The position numbers and the translations under genes were made by a program. DNA of 64,000 nt. It comes from an uncultured Desulfatitalea sp. GTDB taxonomy: Bacteria; Desulfobacterota; Desulfobacteria; Desulfobacterales; Desulfosarcinaceae. The stretch covers positions 2,176,001-2,240,000 of the forward strand of contig CAXXMB010000002.1 of NCBI GenBank assembly GCA_963668675.2, in the 5' to 3' direction. Shown here piece after piece: positions 38,848 through 48,508 of the stretch (positions are counted from its first letter, which is position 1; every line of letters starts with the position of its first letter). Under the pieces are notes generated by a model, which worked only from the letters and a program-made list of their open reading frames with translations, was not told the origin of the DNA and searched no databases.

Positions 38848-39594
38848 TCAGGCGGCCATCCGCTCGCTCAGTTGGACCAACAGTTTAACCGGCCCCACAT
38901 CCACGACATCTTCATGGTTCAATTTCACTGTGCCCTTGACGCGGGATCCATTGCGCTTGGGCTTGACCCAACCACCGGCATATCTTAGGAAATAGTCACC
39001 CGATTGTTTCGTGATGACCGCTGCCGGTCCGCCCATCACCACCGACCAGAGGCCACCGATCACGATATCGGCGTCGTCGTTGATGCCGATGTCGATCTGC
39101 CGTTCGGAGAGAGGCCGGCTCCCTTCGCCACCAGCCAAAAAGGCAAGGAAATCATTTTCGGGGCGAACCTCTTTGGGGGTTGGGGTCAATATGGCCTCTT
39201 TTGCCGGTGCAACCTGGTCGTTCTCCATCAACATGGTGCTAGCGGTGTCGAAGGGGCCGGGAAGTGTATCGTAGGCGTCATCCGAGGGTTCCACCGTGAT
39301 GGTGTCCGACCAGTCGGCCTGGAGCACATGTTTGCCGATGGTGACCACGTCGTTGTTGTTCAGTGTCACCTGGGTCACCGGCTGTCCGTTGCAGAAGGTG
39401 CCGTTTTTGCTGTCCGTATCGGTGAGTACCACACGATCGCCCTCGTGCTCGATTCGTGCGTGGTGGCCAGATACCGCCAGGTTTTCAATGACAATATCAT
39501 TTTCAGTGCGCCTGCCGATGGTTAACCGGTCACCTTCGGCCAGTGGATATGCGCCCAGAATTTTTTCCTTAAAGATAAGGATGAGTTTTGGCAT
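38848..39594 (-). CDS. FHA domain protein (second degenerate FHA at the C-terminus)
   Basis: TIGR, VSGHHA, DSKNGTFCNG. Confidence 0.88.
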   Translation of the reverse strand: MPKLILIFKEKILGAYPLAEGDRLTIGRRTENDIVIENLAVSGHHARIEHEGDRVVLTDTDSKNGTFCNGQPVTQVTLNNNDVVTIGKHVLQADWSDTITVEPSDDAYDTLPGPFDTASTMLMENDQVAPAKEAILTPTPKEVRPENDFLAFLAGGEGSRPLSERQIDIGINDDADIVIGGLWSVVMGGPAAVITKQSGDYFLRYAGGWVKPKRNGSRVKGTVKLNHEDVVDVGPVKLLVQLSERMAA

Positions 39595-39750
39595 GATCCC
39601 CTTCCTTCTCTCGATCGTGTCAAGCTACTGGCGGGTTAGGGGAGATACGTGACAAAAATTGTCTCTCCGGATGACAAAGCCCACCCTTTCCCGTTCGATT
39701 CGTTTCGCTTGCTATGTTGTGGCCAGAGGCCGATTTGGCGCAACGATGGT

Positions 39751-39778
39751 TTGACAACATTGCGGCCATGATTAAATT
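39751..39778 (+). promoter_or_regulatory. Possible sigma70 promoter of clpB
   Basis: TTGACA at 39751, 16-nt spacer, TAAATT. Confidence 0.4.
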
Positions 39779-39824
39779 CTGCATGAATTAATGCAAGAAT
39801 CGGACCATTAATATGGGAGGAAGT

Positions 39825-42407
39825 ATGCGTTTCGACAAATTTACCATCAAATCCCAGGAGTTGATCCAGAGCGCCCAGTCGATGGCCAGTCGGTTCAACA
39901 ACCAGCAGATCGAACCCGAACATCTCCTATCGGCCATGTTGGCCGAGCGGGAGGGCGTGGCCAACTCGATGCTTCGCAAGCTGGGCGTAAGCCCGGGTGC
40001 CATCGCCCAGGAGGCGACCGCGGCATTGGAGCGGCTTCCCAAAGTGACCGGCGCGGGCGAGGTCTATCTCTCTTCGAGGGCCAAATCGGTTCTGGAGCGC
40101 GCGTTTGCCGAAGCCGACAAGATGAAGGATGAGTATGTCAGCATCGAGCACATCCTGTTGGCCGTTGTGGATGAGAAGGGCGGTGATGCGCGCAGGATTC
40201 TGGAAAAGTATGGCGTCCGGCGCGATGCCATTTTGAAGGTGCTCATGGAGATCCGCGGTTCCCAGCGTATCACCGACCCCAACCCGGAGGAGAAGTACCA
40301 GGCACTGGACAAATTCAGTCGCGACCTGACCGAGCTGGCGAGGCTGGGCAAGATCGATCCGGTCATCGGACGCGACGAGGAGATCCGGCGCATCGTGCAG
40401 GTGCTCTCCCGGCGCACCAAGAACAATCCGGTGCTCATCGGCGAGCCGGGCGTGGGCAAGACTGCCATTGTAGAGGGGCTGGCCCAGCGCATCGTGGCCG
40501 GGGATGTCTCCGAGAGCCTGAAGAACCGCCGCCTGGTGGCCTTGGACATGGGCGCTTTGATCGCCGGGGCCAAGTACCGTGGTGAGTTCGAGGATCGGCT
40601 CAAGGCGGTGCTCAAGGAGGTGGAGAAGGCCGAAGGCGAAGTGATTCTCTTTATCGATGAGTTGCACACCCTGGTCGGCGCCGGCGCCAGCGAGGGTGCC
40701 ATGGACGCCTCCAACATGCTCAAGCCGGCCCTGGCCCGTGGCACCCTGCGCTGTGTGGGGGCCACCACCATCAACGAGTACCGCAAATATATCGAGAAGG
40801 ACGCTGCCCTGGAGCGGCGCTTCCAGCCGGTTCTGGTGACCGAGCCCACCGTCGAGGATACCATCTCGATCCTGCGTGGACTGAAGGAGAAGTACGAGGT
40901 GCACCATGGCGTGCGTATTAAGGATTCGGCCATCGTGGCGGCCGCGACCCTGTCCGACCGCTATATCGCCGACCGCTTCTTGCCGGACAAAGCCATCGAT
41001 TTAATTGATGAATGCGCCTCCAAGTTGCGCATTGAAATCGACTCCATGCCGGCGGAGATCGACGAGGTGCGCCGAAGAATCACCCAGGCTGAGATCGAAC
41101 GCCAGGCCCTGAAGAAGGAGTCGGATGCCGCCTCCAAGGAGCGGTTGGCCAAGCTGGAGAACGATCTGGAATCGATGCGGGCCAACATGGCTCACATGAA
41201 AGCCCATTGGGACCGCGAAAAGGCGACCATCGAAACCATCCGCAAAATCAAGGAGGAGCTGGAGCAGGTGGGCATCGCCCAGCAGAAGGCCGAGCGCGAG
41301 GGCGATCTGGCCCGAGTGGCCGAACTGCGTTACGGTAGGGCCATTGAGCTGAATCAGCAGATGGAGGCGGCGCGTGGCGAATTCGAGGCCCTGCAGAGCG
41401 AGCGCAAGATGCTCAAGGAAGAGGTGGACGACGAGGATGTGGCCGAAGTTGTGGCACGCTGGACCGGCATACCGGTCAGTCGTATGCTGGAGAGTGAACG
41501 CGAGAAGCTGGTCGGTATGGAGGATCGTCTGGGCCGCCGGGTGATCGGGCAGCGGAACGCCATCGAGGCGGTCTCCAACGCGGTTCGCCGGGCCCGTTCG
41601 GGACTGCAGGACCCCAACCGGCCCATCGGCTCGTTCATCTTCATGGGGCCCACCGGCGTAGGCAAGACCGAACTGGCCAAGGCCCTGGCCGAGTTCATCT
41701 TCGACGACGAGCAGGCCATCGTGCGCGTCGATATGTCCGAGTATATGGAGAAGCACGCCGTGGCGCGACTCATCGGCGCGCCTCCGGGATATGTGGGTTA
41801 TGAAGAGGGCGGCTACCTCACCGAAGCCGTCCGACGGCGGCCCTACTCGGTGGTGCTCTTCGACGAGATCGAAAAGGCCCACCCCGAGGTGTTCAACGTA
41901 TTGCTGCAGATCCTCGATGATGGCCGCATGACCGATGGCCACGGCAAGACGGTCGATTTCAAGAACACCATCATCATCATGACCTCAAATGTCGGAAGCC
42001 AGTACATTCAGGAGTTGGGCAGCGACCAGCGTACCGAAATGGAGCGACGGGTCACCGATGCGCTGCGGGCGCAGTTCAAGCCGGAGTTTCTCAACCGCAT
42101 CGACGAGACCATCATCTTTCTCAATTTGACGGTCGATCAGATCGGCGCGATTGTGGATATTCAACTTCAGCGTCTGTCCAAGCGGCTGGCCGAACGGAAA
42201 ATCACCTTTGCGTTGGGCGAAGAGGCCAAGGAGCTGCTCATCGAGCATGGCTACGATCCGGTGTACGGTGCCCGCCCGCTCAAACGTGCCATCCAGCACT
42301 ACATCGAGAATCCCATGGCCATGGCGATTTTAAAGGGCGAAATTGCCGATGGTTCCCATCTGCTTGCCGGGGTGGAGGGGGATGAGATGGTGTTTCGGCA
42401 GGGGTAG
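39825..42407 (+). CDS. clpB: ATP-dependent chaperone ClpB
   Basis: Two AAA modules ([16 protein letters not shown]), coiled-coil middle domain, GAPPGYVGY. Confidence 0.97.
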   Translation: MRFDKFTIKSQELIQSAQSMASRFNNQQIEPEHLLSAMLAEREGVANSMLRKLGVSPGAIAQEATAALERLPKVTGAGEVYLSSRAKSVLERAFAEADKMKDEYVSIEHILLAVVDEKGGDARRILEKYGVRRDAILKVLMEIRGSQRITDPNPEEKYQALDKFSRDLTELARLGKIDPVIGRDEEIRRIVQVLSRRTKNNPVLIGEPGVGKTAIVEGLAQRIVAGDVSESLKNRRLVALDMGALIAGAKYRGEFEDRLKAVLKEVEKAEGEVILFIDELHTLVGAGASEGAMDASNMLKPALARGTLRCVGATTINEYRKYIEKDAALERRFQPVLVTEPTVEDTISILRGLKEKYEVHHGVRIKDSAIVAAATLSDRYIADRFLPDKAIDLIDECASKLRIEIDSMPAEIDEVRRRITQAEIERQALKKESDAASKERLAKLENDLESMRANMAHMKAHWDREKATIETIRKIKEELEQVGIAQQKAEREGDLARVAELRYGRAIELNQQMEAARGEFEALQSERKMLKEEVDDEDVAEVVARWTGIPVSRMLESEREKLVGMEDRLGRRVIGQRNAIEAVSNAVRRARSGLQDPNRPIGSFIFMGPTGVGKTELAKALAEFIFDDEQAIVRVDMSEYMEKHAVARLIGAPPGYVGYEEGGYLTEAVRRRPYSVVLFDEIEKAHPEVFNVLLQILDDGRMTDGHGKTVDFKNTIIIMTSNVGSQYIQELGSDQRTEMERRVTDALRAQFKPEFLNRIDETIIFLNLTVDQIGAIVDIQLQRLSKRLAERKITFALGEEAKELLIEHGYDPVYGARPLKRAIQHYIENPMAMAILKGEIADGSHLLAGVEGDEMVFRQG

Positions 42408-42420
42408 TGATTAAATTTGT

Positions 42421-42478
42421 GTGCATGTGGCAAGGGGGGCCTGGCTGACGTCAGCCAGGCCCCCCTTGCCACATGCAC
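42421..42478. repeat. Perfect 58-bp palindrome
   Basis: GTGCATGTGGCAAGGGGGGCCTGGCTGAC followed directly by its exact reverse complement. Confidence 0.9.
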
Positions 42479-42524
42479 CTCAACCAACGTACTGCCGAAA
42501 GCTGTTTTGCTAAAGTGGGAAAAA

Positions 42525-42549
42525 GTAGGGGCGGGCTTTACGCCCGCCC
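42525..42549 (+). repeat. Single GTAG-type REP
   Basis: GTAGGGGCGGGCTTTACGCCCGCCC, similar to 27384-27408. Confidence 0.6.
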
Positions 42550-42584
42550 GCATTTTCTTGTTTGAACCATAATTCGAATCGGAA

Positions 42585-43499
42585 TTAGTGGTGCCTATCC
42601 CGTGACAGGATCTCTTTCACGTAATCCCTGATCTTCTCCTTGGGGTAGATCCCCTCTTCGGTCACCAGGAAGTCGACCATGTCTAGATCCAGCATGTCGT
42701 GTGAATAGGTGGTCAGCACGAAGCTGGTGTTGTCCTGGACAGTGGTCACCCGTTTTTCATGAATGCGTTGGTTTTCGGAGAGGCCGTGGGAGAATTTGAG
42801 TGTATTGGCGAATAGATAGACCGGTATTTTGTGAAAGTGGCACAGGCTGGCGATGTTGGCCGTGCCGACCGCGGAGACGATTTTAAGATCGTGGGAGATG
42901 GAGAGGGCGCCGGTAAACATCTTGTTGGCTTTGCCGATGTAGTGGCTCAACGAAAACTCGGGCACGGTCTCCAGGTCGACCCGGGCCTGCTTGAGGATGT
43001 CGATCAGCTTCTTCGTCTTGATGAAGTCTTGCTTAAGTACGATCACCTTGATCGTTCGGTCCAACACCTCTTTGGCCAGGGCGATCATTTTGGTGACGTC
43101 GGCGCTGGCGGTGTGCATCACGAGCACATCCCCCTCTTCGATGCAGTCCAGTCCAAGCTGGATGATTCGAGCGACCTTGTCTTTGATCCGATCGTGTTTG
43201 GCTTGCAGGATTTCGCATGCCGTTGCCAGCGTCTGATCCGCATCCGCCCCAAAATGGGGGGCGATCTCTTGTTCGAACTCTTCGATCAGGTGAATCAAGG
43301 GAACGATCTTGGGGCGCGTGTTTTTGATCGCGTCGGCCAGCTCCGCGTATTCGTTGCGGATTTCATCCGGGCTGCATTTCAGCTCCTGGATGGCGGTTTT
43401 AAAGGCCTGCAGGGCCAGCATGGTGGCGCGTGAAGAGCCCACGAGGTCTTCATGGTCTCGAATCAATCGGCATAAGATGGTTTTGTCGTCTTCATTCAT
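42585..43499 (-). CDS. eIF-2B subunit/MtnA/ribose-1,5-bisphosphate isomerase-like (IF-2B family) protein
   Basis: Helical N-domain with TRP, GDVLVMH, GA-x-SI, VGT, IPVY...TLKF, DFLVTEEGI. Confidence 0.75.
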   Translation of the reverse strand: MNEDDKTILCRLIRDHEDLVGSSRATMLALQAFKTAIQELKCSPDEIRNEYAELADAIKNTRPKIVPLIHLIEEFEQEIAPHFGADADQTLATACEILQAKHDRIKDKVARIIQLGLDCIEEGDVLVMHTASADVTKMIALAKEVLDRTIKVIVLKQDFIKTKKLIDILKQARVDLETVPEFSLSHYIGKANKMFTGALSISHDLKIVSAVGTANIASLCHFHKIPVYLFANTLKFSHGLSENQRIHEKRVTTVQDNTSFVLTTYSHDMLDLDMVDFLVTEEGIYPKEKIRDYVKEILSRDRHH

Positions 43500-43532
43500 A
43501 GTCAACTCTCAAATTATCCATGTTTTTCAAAA

Positions 43533-44840
43533 TTAAGGCAACGTCAGCCGCAGGTAGATCACCAGATAGATGGACGAGAGGATCAGGGTAATGACGGTAA
43601 TGACGGCGCTGAACTTCATGAAATCCAAAAAGGAGATGTCGACTCGGAACCGCTTGGCCATGCCCACCGTGACGATGTTGGCCGACGCGCCGATCATGGT
43701 GAAGTTGCCGCCCAGGCAGGCGCCTAATGCCAGGGCCCACCAAAGGATGTTGTGCGGGATGGGTGTGGTCTCCAGAATCAGCCGTACAATGGGTATCATG
43801 GTGATGGTGAAGGGAATGTTATCCAGAAACCCGGACACGATGCCCGACACCCAGAGCACCATCAGCACGATCACATATGGGTTGTCGCCCACGCGCAAAA
43901 AGATATTGTGGGCGATCCATTCGATAACGCCCTTCTCTTCGAGCACGCCCACCAGGATGAAGAGGCCGGCGAAGAAGAGCAGTGTGCTCCATTCGATCTC
44001 TTCGAGCATGTGCTCCACGTCCACCCGTGTGATGACGAAGAGCACCATGGCCATCAAGAGGGCCACCACACCGGGCGAAAGTTTGGTGATCGTTTGGGTC
44101 ACGAAGAGCAATATGGTGATGATCAGGCATGAGAGGCTTTTGATTAAAAAGACCTTGTCAAATTTAGTGCTGAGGAAATCATAGCGGATTTTTTCCAGAA
44201 GCAGCTGGACGGAGAAAAGTTTACCCAGGTCGGCGTCGATGGGCTTGAATTTTTTGCGGTTGGCGGCCCATATATAAAACAATCCGACCGCGAAACAGAT
44301 GATCACCGGCGGGGCCAGATTAAAGATGAACTGGTTGAAAGTGAGGCCCACCTTGGAACCGATGATGATATTGGGCGGGTCGCCAATCAGGGTGGCCGTG
44401 CCGCCTATGTTGGAAATTACGGCCTGGCTGATCACATAGATCTTGGGATCCAGCCCCATGCCTCTGGTCAGCTCGATGACAATCGGTACGATGATCAGGA
44501 CCGTGGTCACGTTGTCCAGAAAGGCCGAGAGCACCGCCGTGACGATCGAAAAGAGGATCAGTATCTTGAGCGGGCTGCCCTTGGTCAGTTCTGCGATCTT
44601 GACCGAAAGAATGGTGAAGAATCCCGATTTGCGCAAGATGGCCACGATGGACATCATGCCCAACAGAAGCATGATGGTTTCGAAATCGATGAACTCGACC
44701 GCCTGATGTTCGGAAATCACATGCAGGGACAAGATCACCATGACGCCCAGCAGGGCCGCCACGGCTTTGTTCACCAACTCTAAAGAGATGACCGCGTAGA
44801 CAATGACAAAAACAACTATTGGAATTAGAGCCCCTTCCAT
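43533..44840 (-). CDS. ArsB/NhaD (IT superfamily) transporter
   Basis: SAFLDNVTTV, SNIGGTATLIGDPPNIIIG, LDNIPF, LGGNFTMIGASAN. Confidence 0.9.
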   Translation of the reverse strand: MEGALIPIVVFVIVYAVISLELVNKAVAALLGVMVILSLHVISEHQAVEFIDFETIMLLLGMMSIVAILRKSGFFTILSVKIAELTKGSPLKILILFSIVTAVLSAFLDNVTTVLIIVPIVIELTRGMGLDPKIYVISQAVISNIGGTATLIGDPPNIIIGSKVGLTFNQFIFNLAPPVIICFAVGLFYIWAANRKKFKPIDADLGKLFSVQLLLEKIRYDFLSTKFDKVFLIKSLSCLIITILLFVTQTITKLSPGVVALLMAMVLFVITRVDVEHMLEEIEWSTLLFFAGLFILVGVLEEKGVIEWIAHNIFLRVGDNPYVIVLMVLWVSGIVSGFLDNIPFTITMIPIVRLILETTPIPHNILWWALALGACLGGNFTMIGASANIVTVGMAKRFRVDISFLDFMKFSAVITVITLILSSIYLVIYLRLTLP

Positions 44841-45084
44841 GATGGTTCAACCTTCCCTGTCGCTTGATGGATCGTAATTTGGTACAATCTTTTCAGTGGT
44901 TTAGCAAAACGACTCCTATATCGCTATTCTTGAATCGTGTCAATGTTCGATTTGTGCCAATGGCAGGGGATTTGGTAGGGGGATAGTGTAAACCAATTAA
45001 GGAGGGCTCTACTAAACCCAGTTCAAGTGGTGCCTTTGCGGATCGCTTGCAGAGGGGCACCGAATAGCATGCGGAATTTGCCAA

Positions 45085-45783
45085 TTATTCGGGGTGTTCG
45101 GTCCTTTCTACAACTTGGCCCCTCTCGAGCCGTACGATGACATCTGCTATTTCGGGGACATAAGACAGGTCGGACGCGGTCGTTACCGTCGTGATTCCTT
45201 CGGCACGCAGCTCCTTGATACTCAAGGCCAGATTTTCACGAATCAGCGGTGACAGACCTTCCAATGGTTCATCCAACATCAGACACTGCGGCTCCAAGGC
45301 AAGTGCGCGGGCTATGGCGAGCATTGTCCGCTCGCCGCCGCTGAGCACTTGCCCATGCGCCTTGATCAGGTCTTTTAAGGGGGGAAACAGCGAAAGGACC
45401 TTCTTTACTATTTTGTTCTTGTCCGTCTTTCTTCGCCAAGTGGCCAGCAGTATGTTTTCCAATACGGTAAAATCGGGATAGATTCTTCGATCTTCCGGTA
45501 CGTAGCCGATTCCCATATGCGCCACTTTGTGGCCGGGTTGGTTCGTGATTTCCCGATCTTTGAAAAAGATGCGGCCCGAATCCACAGGCAATAAACCGAG
45601 GATGCTTTTTAATAATGTGGTTTTGCCGGCGCCGTTGGGCCCGACGACACAGAAGATGCCCGGTGAGATGGTCATGGAGACATCCCTCAGGGCGTGTACC
45701 GGCGGGCGGAACGTGTTCAGCCCTTCAATTCGAATAATTGGCTCTGCTTGGCCGCCTGAAGATTGAATATGATTGTTTGTCAT
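45085..45783 (-). CDS. Branched-chain amino acid-type ABC transporter ATP-binding protein (LivF-like)
   Basis: GPNGAGKTT, YVPEDRRI, LSGGE, LDEP. Confidence 0.88.
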   Translation of the reverse strand: MTNNHIQSSGGQAEPIIRIEGLNTFRPPVHALRDVSMTISPGIFCVVGPNGAGKTTLLKSILGLLPVDSGRIFFKDREITNQPGHKVAHMGIGYVPEDRRIYPDFTVLENILLATWRRKTDKNKIVKKVLSLFPPLKDLIKAHGQVLSGGERTMLAIARALALEPQCLMLDEPLEGLSPLIRENLALSIKELRAEGITTVTTASDLSYVPEIADVIVRLERGQVVERTEHPE

Positions 45784-45825
45784 TGCTTTGGCTCTCTTTT
45801 CAGACGCGTTTAGGGTTTCGGCGCT

Positions 45826-46611
45826 TCAGTTTACGCTTTTCTTCCCGAACGGGCTGTGGCCCAGTACGGCCGTGCGGACCTGTTCGTTCGCCATAACCGT
45901 TTCCGGGAGGCCCTGTGCAAGCACCGATCCCTGGTCCATTACGATGACGCGCTGACCATACCGGGCCACGATTTCCATGTCGTGTTCCACAATTATCGTG
46001 GTGGTTCCTTTGGCCTTGATGTTGGGCATGATCGTATCCATAACCTCACACTTCTCGTCGGAACTCACCCCGGAGGTCGGTTCATCCAAGAGCAGAATTG
46101 CCGGCTCCAAGGCAAAGGCCACGGCCGCGTCCAGCAGTTTGCGCTGCCCGTGTGGTAATGACGCGGCCACACTTTCCGGAGGGACATTGAACATTTCGAG
46201 AATGTGCCGGGCTTCTTCCCTTGATTGACGAAAACGGGTCGTTTTGGAATAAAAGACCAGTGTCTTTTTCTGCCGAATAAGCAATGCCAGTGAGACATTG
46301 TCCCAAGCGGTCAGATTTTCGAAAAGGGCAGGAAGTTGGAAAGAATAGATGATCCCGCTGCGGGCCCTATGAATAAGACTTTGCCGGCTAACATTTTTTC
46401 CACGAAAGAAAATTTGTCCCTCACTGACCCGGTGGCCCCCACTGAGCATCTTGAGCAGAGTGGTTTTGCCGGCGCCGTTCGAACCAACAATGCAAAGCAC
46501 CTCATTTTGGAAGACTTCCATGTCCACGCAGTTCACGGCCATGAGCCGCCCGAAGGACTTTGTAACCTGTTTGGTGCTCAGGATGACTTCTTGATCAGCT
46601 TTCGAGCCCAT
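45826..46611 (-). CDS. ABC transporter ATP-binding protein (LivG-like)
   Basis: GSNGAGKTT, LPHGQRK, LLDEPTSG, VEHDM. Confidence 0.88.
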   Translation of the reverse strand: MGSKADQEVILSTKQVTKSFGRLMAVNCVDMEVFQNEVLCIVGSNGAGKTTLLKMLSGGHRVSEGQIFFRGKNVSRQSLIHRARSGIIYSFQLPALFENLTAWDNVSLALLIRQKKTLVFYSKTTRFRQSREEARHILEMFNVPPESVAASLPHGQRKLLDAAVAFALEPAILLLDEPTSGVSSDEKCEVMDTIMPNIKAKGTTTIIVEHDMEIVARYGQRVIVMDQGSVLAQGLPETVMANEQVRTAVLGHSPFGKKSVN

Positions 46612-47519
46612 AGACCGAAACCTCCCAATACCCCGCCCGGCAGAAAGATGACCAGGCAAATAATGGCCGCACCCAGAAAAAATTGCCAGAAAAAGAGCGG
46701 CTGCAGTTTGGATTGCAGAAAAACAAAGACCAGTGCGCCGACGACCGGACCGAAAAAGGATTGATGCCCCCCTAAAATCACCATCAACACAATACCGATA
46801 GAGGTTATCGTCTGAAACAACTCAGGTACTGCATGGCCGGTGAGCGATACCAGCAAAACGCCTGCGACACCGGTAAAGGCGCCGGAGATGATGAAAGCAA
46901 TCAAACGGTATTTCATGACCAGCAAACCCAAATAGCCTACCCGGCCTTCGTTGTCCCTTACCGCCTGAATGGTCAATCCGAAAGGCGATTTGCAAATAAC
47001 CCACATCGCTGCGGTGCAAAGCACAAAAAATATTAAGGCCAGATAGTAGTATGGCATCCCGGAATCGACAGGATGACCGAAAAGCATTGGCGTTGTTACC
47101 CGCACACCGTCGGTACCACCGGTAAGGTTGTAGAACTTTGCGAAAAGCGCATACATCAGCTCTCCGAATGCAAGGGTCAGCATCGAAAAGTAAATGTCGA
47201 TCTGGCGAGTGCAAAAGATCCCCACGATAGCCGCCAAGGCTGCGGAAGCCAAAACCCCCAGCGGTATGAGCACCTCCAGGGAATGCACACCGGCATACTT
47301 GCCCATCAGGGCTACCACATAAGCGCCTGTACCAAGGAACATACCGTGGCCGAAACTCATCAATCCTGTGTAGCCCAGCAACAAATTGACAGACAGTGCC
47401 GCTATGGCCATCAGCATCGCATACGTCAACAGATAAACAGTAAAATCACCAGCTACAAATGGCGCCAGGCAGATGAGGATAAAGCCGGTCACCAAAGAGA
47501 GGCCGCTTAGATGTTTCAT
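46578..47519 (-). CDS. ABC permease (LivM-like)
   Basis: GYTGLMSFGH, LTGGTDG, SPFG...VRDN, VILGG...GPVVGA. Confidence 0.88.
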   Translation of the reverse strand: MKHLSGLSLVTGFILICLAPFVAGDFTVYLLTYAMLMAIAALSVNLLLGYTGLMSFGHGMFLGTGAYVVALMGKYAGVHSLEVLIPLGVLASAALAAIVGIFCTRQIDIYFSMLTLAFGELMYALFAKFYNLTGGTDGVRVTTPMLFGHPVDSGMPYYYLALIFFVLCTAAMWVICKSPFGLTIQAVRDNEGRVGYLGLLVMKYRLIAFIISGAFTGVAGVLLVSLTGHAVPELFQTITSIGIVLMVILGGHQSFFGPVVGALVFVFLQSKLQPLFFWQFFLGAAIICLVIFLPGGVLGGFGLWARKLIKKSS

Positions 47520-47538
47520 ATCCGTTTTTCCCGCTTGT

Positions 47539-48411
47539 TCACGATTTGTGCGTGCCGAAAAGCCCGCTCGGTTTAATCGATAGGATCAACGCCATCAGAA
47601 TGAAAACAAAAGCAAGTTCCAACTTGGGGAAATACTGAACACCCAGGGAGTTGACCATCCCAATGATCAGGGCCGTCACCAAGGCCCCGTTGACGCTGCC
47701 CAGGCCGGCCATGGCGATAACGACAAAGCTCAATATGAGATACTCTAAGCCCACTCCCGGCCACCCTCCGGTGACCGGGAGCATAAGGCCGCCCGCCAGG
47801 CCGGCTATGGCCGATCCAAACAGGAAAGTAAATGCTTTGACATGCGAGACGCTGATGCCCATTGCCTCAGTCATCTCTTCGTCGAGCGAGGTGGCCCGGA
47901 TGACGCGGCCGATGTCTGTTTTGCGAAACAAAAACCATAGCCCAAATGCAAGAGCGGCGGCAGCGCCAATGATAATCAGGTTGTATACTGGGTAGATGAT
48001 GTTTCCATATTCGATCATACTGTCGATGAGGGGAGGTACGCCGATAGAGTATCCACCCCAGTAGAATCGAATGATATCGTCGACCATCAACACAATTCCG
48101 AAAGTGACCAGAATTTGGAAAACGTGGTCGCGTTTATACATGAACCGGAGTATGCCACGTTCGAACAGCAGACCCAGCAGGCCAACCAGGAAGGCGGCAC
48201 AAATCGGCGCCAACCACAACAGGGCGGGATAATCGGCGGGCAGCAAACCGATGATGCCATAACAGAGATACAGTCCCAGCATGTATGCAGCCGCATGACC
48301 AAAGTTTATAATGTTCAGCACGCCGAAAATGATTTGGAGCCCTGCACTCATGAGAAAAAGGATCGAGGAATAAAAGATTCCATTGATCAAGATGTTGAAA
48401 ACCAATTCCAA
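47539..48411 (-). CDS. ABC permease (LivH-like)
   Basis: GLQIIFGVLNIINFGH, T-x-IGRVIRA, KPSGLFG; TTG start inferred. Confidence 0.85.
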   Translation of the reverse strand: MELVFNILINGIFYSSILFLMSAGLQIIFGVLNIINFGHAAAYMLGLYLCYGIIGLLPADYPALLWLAPICAAFLVGLLGLLFERGILRFMYKRDHVFQILVTFGIVLMVDDIIRFYWGGYSIGVPPLIDSMIEYGNIIYPVYNLIIIGAAAALAFGLWFLFRKTDIGRVIRATSLDEEMTEAMGISVSHVKAFTFLFGSAIAGLAGGLMLPVTGGWPGVGLEYLILSFVVIAMAGLGSVNGALVTALIIGMVNSLGVQYFPKLELAFVFILMALILSIKPSGLFGTHKS

Positions 48412-48508
48412 AGTGTAGCCCCCCCATTGTGCCGGTAATGGTATCCGGCTGCCAATCGGCTTAATACCGTTCGCTTTTTCAGGCAAAAGCGAACGGTATT
48501 GCCAGGTT

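Noticed and set aside
39600..39824. CIRCE element upstream of clpB
   Set aside because: No TTAGCACTC-N9-GAGTGCTAA match seen.
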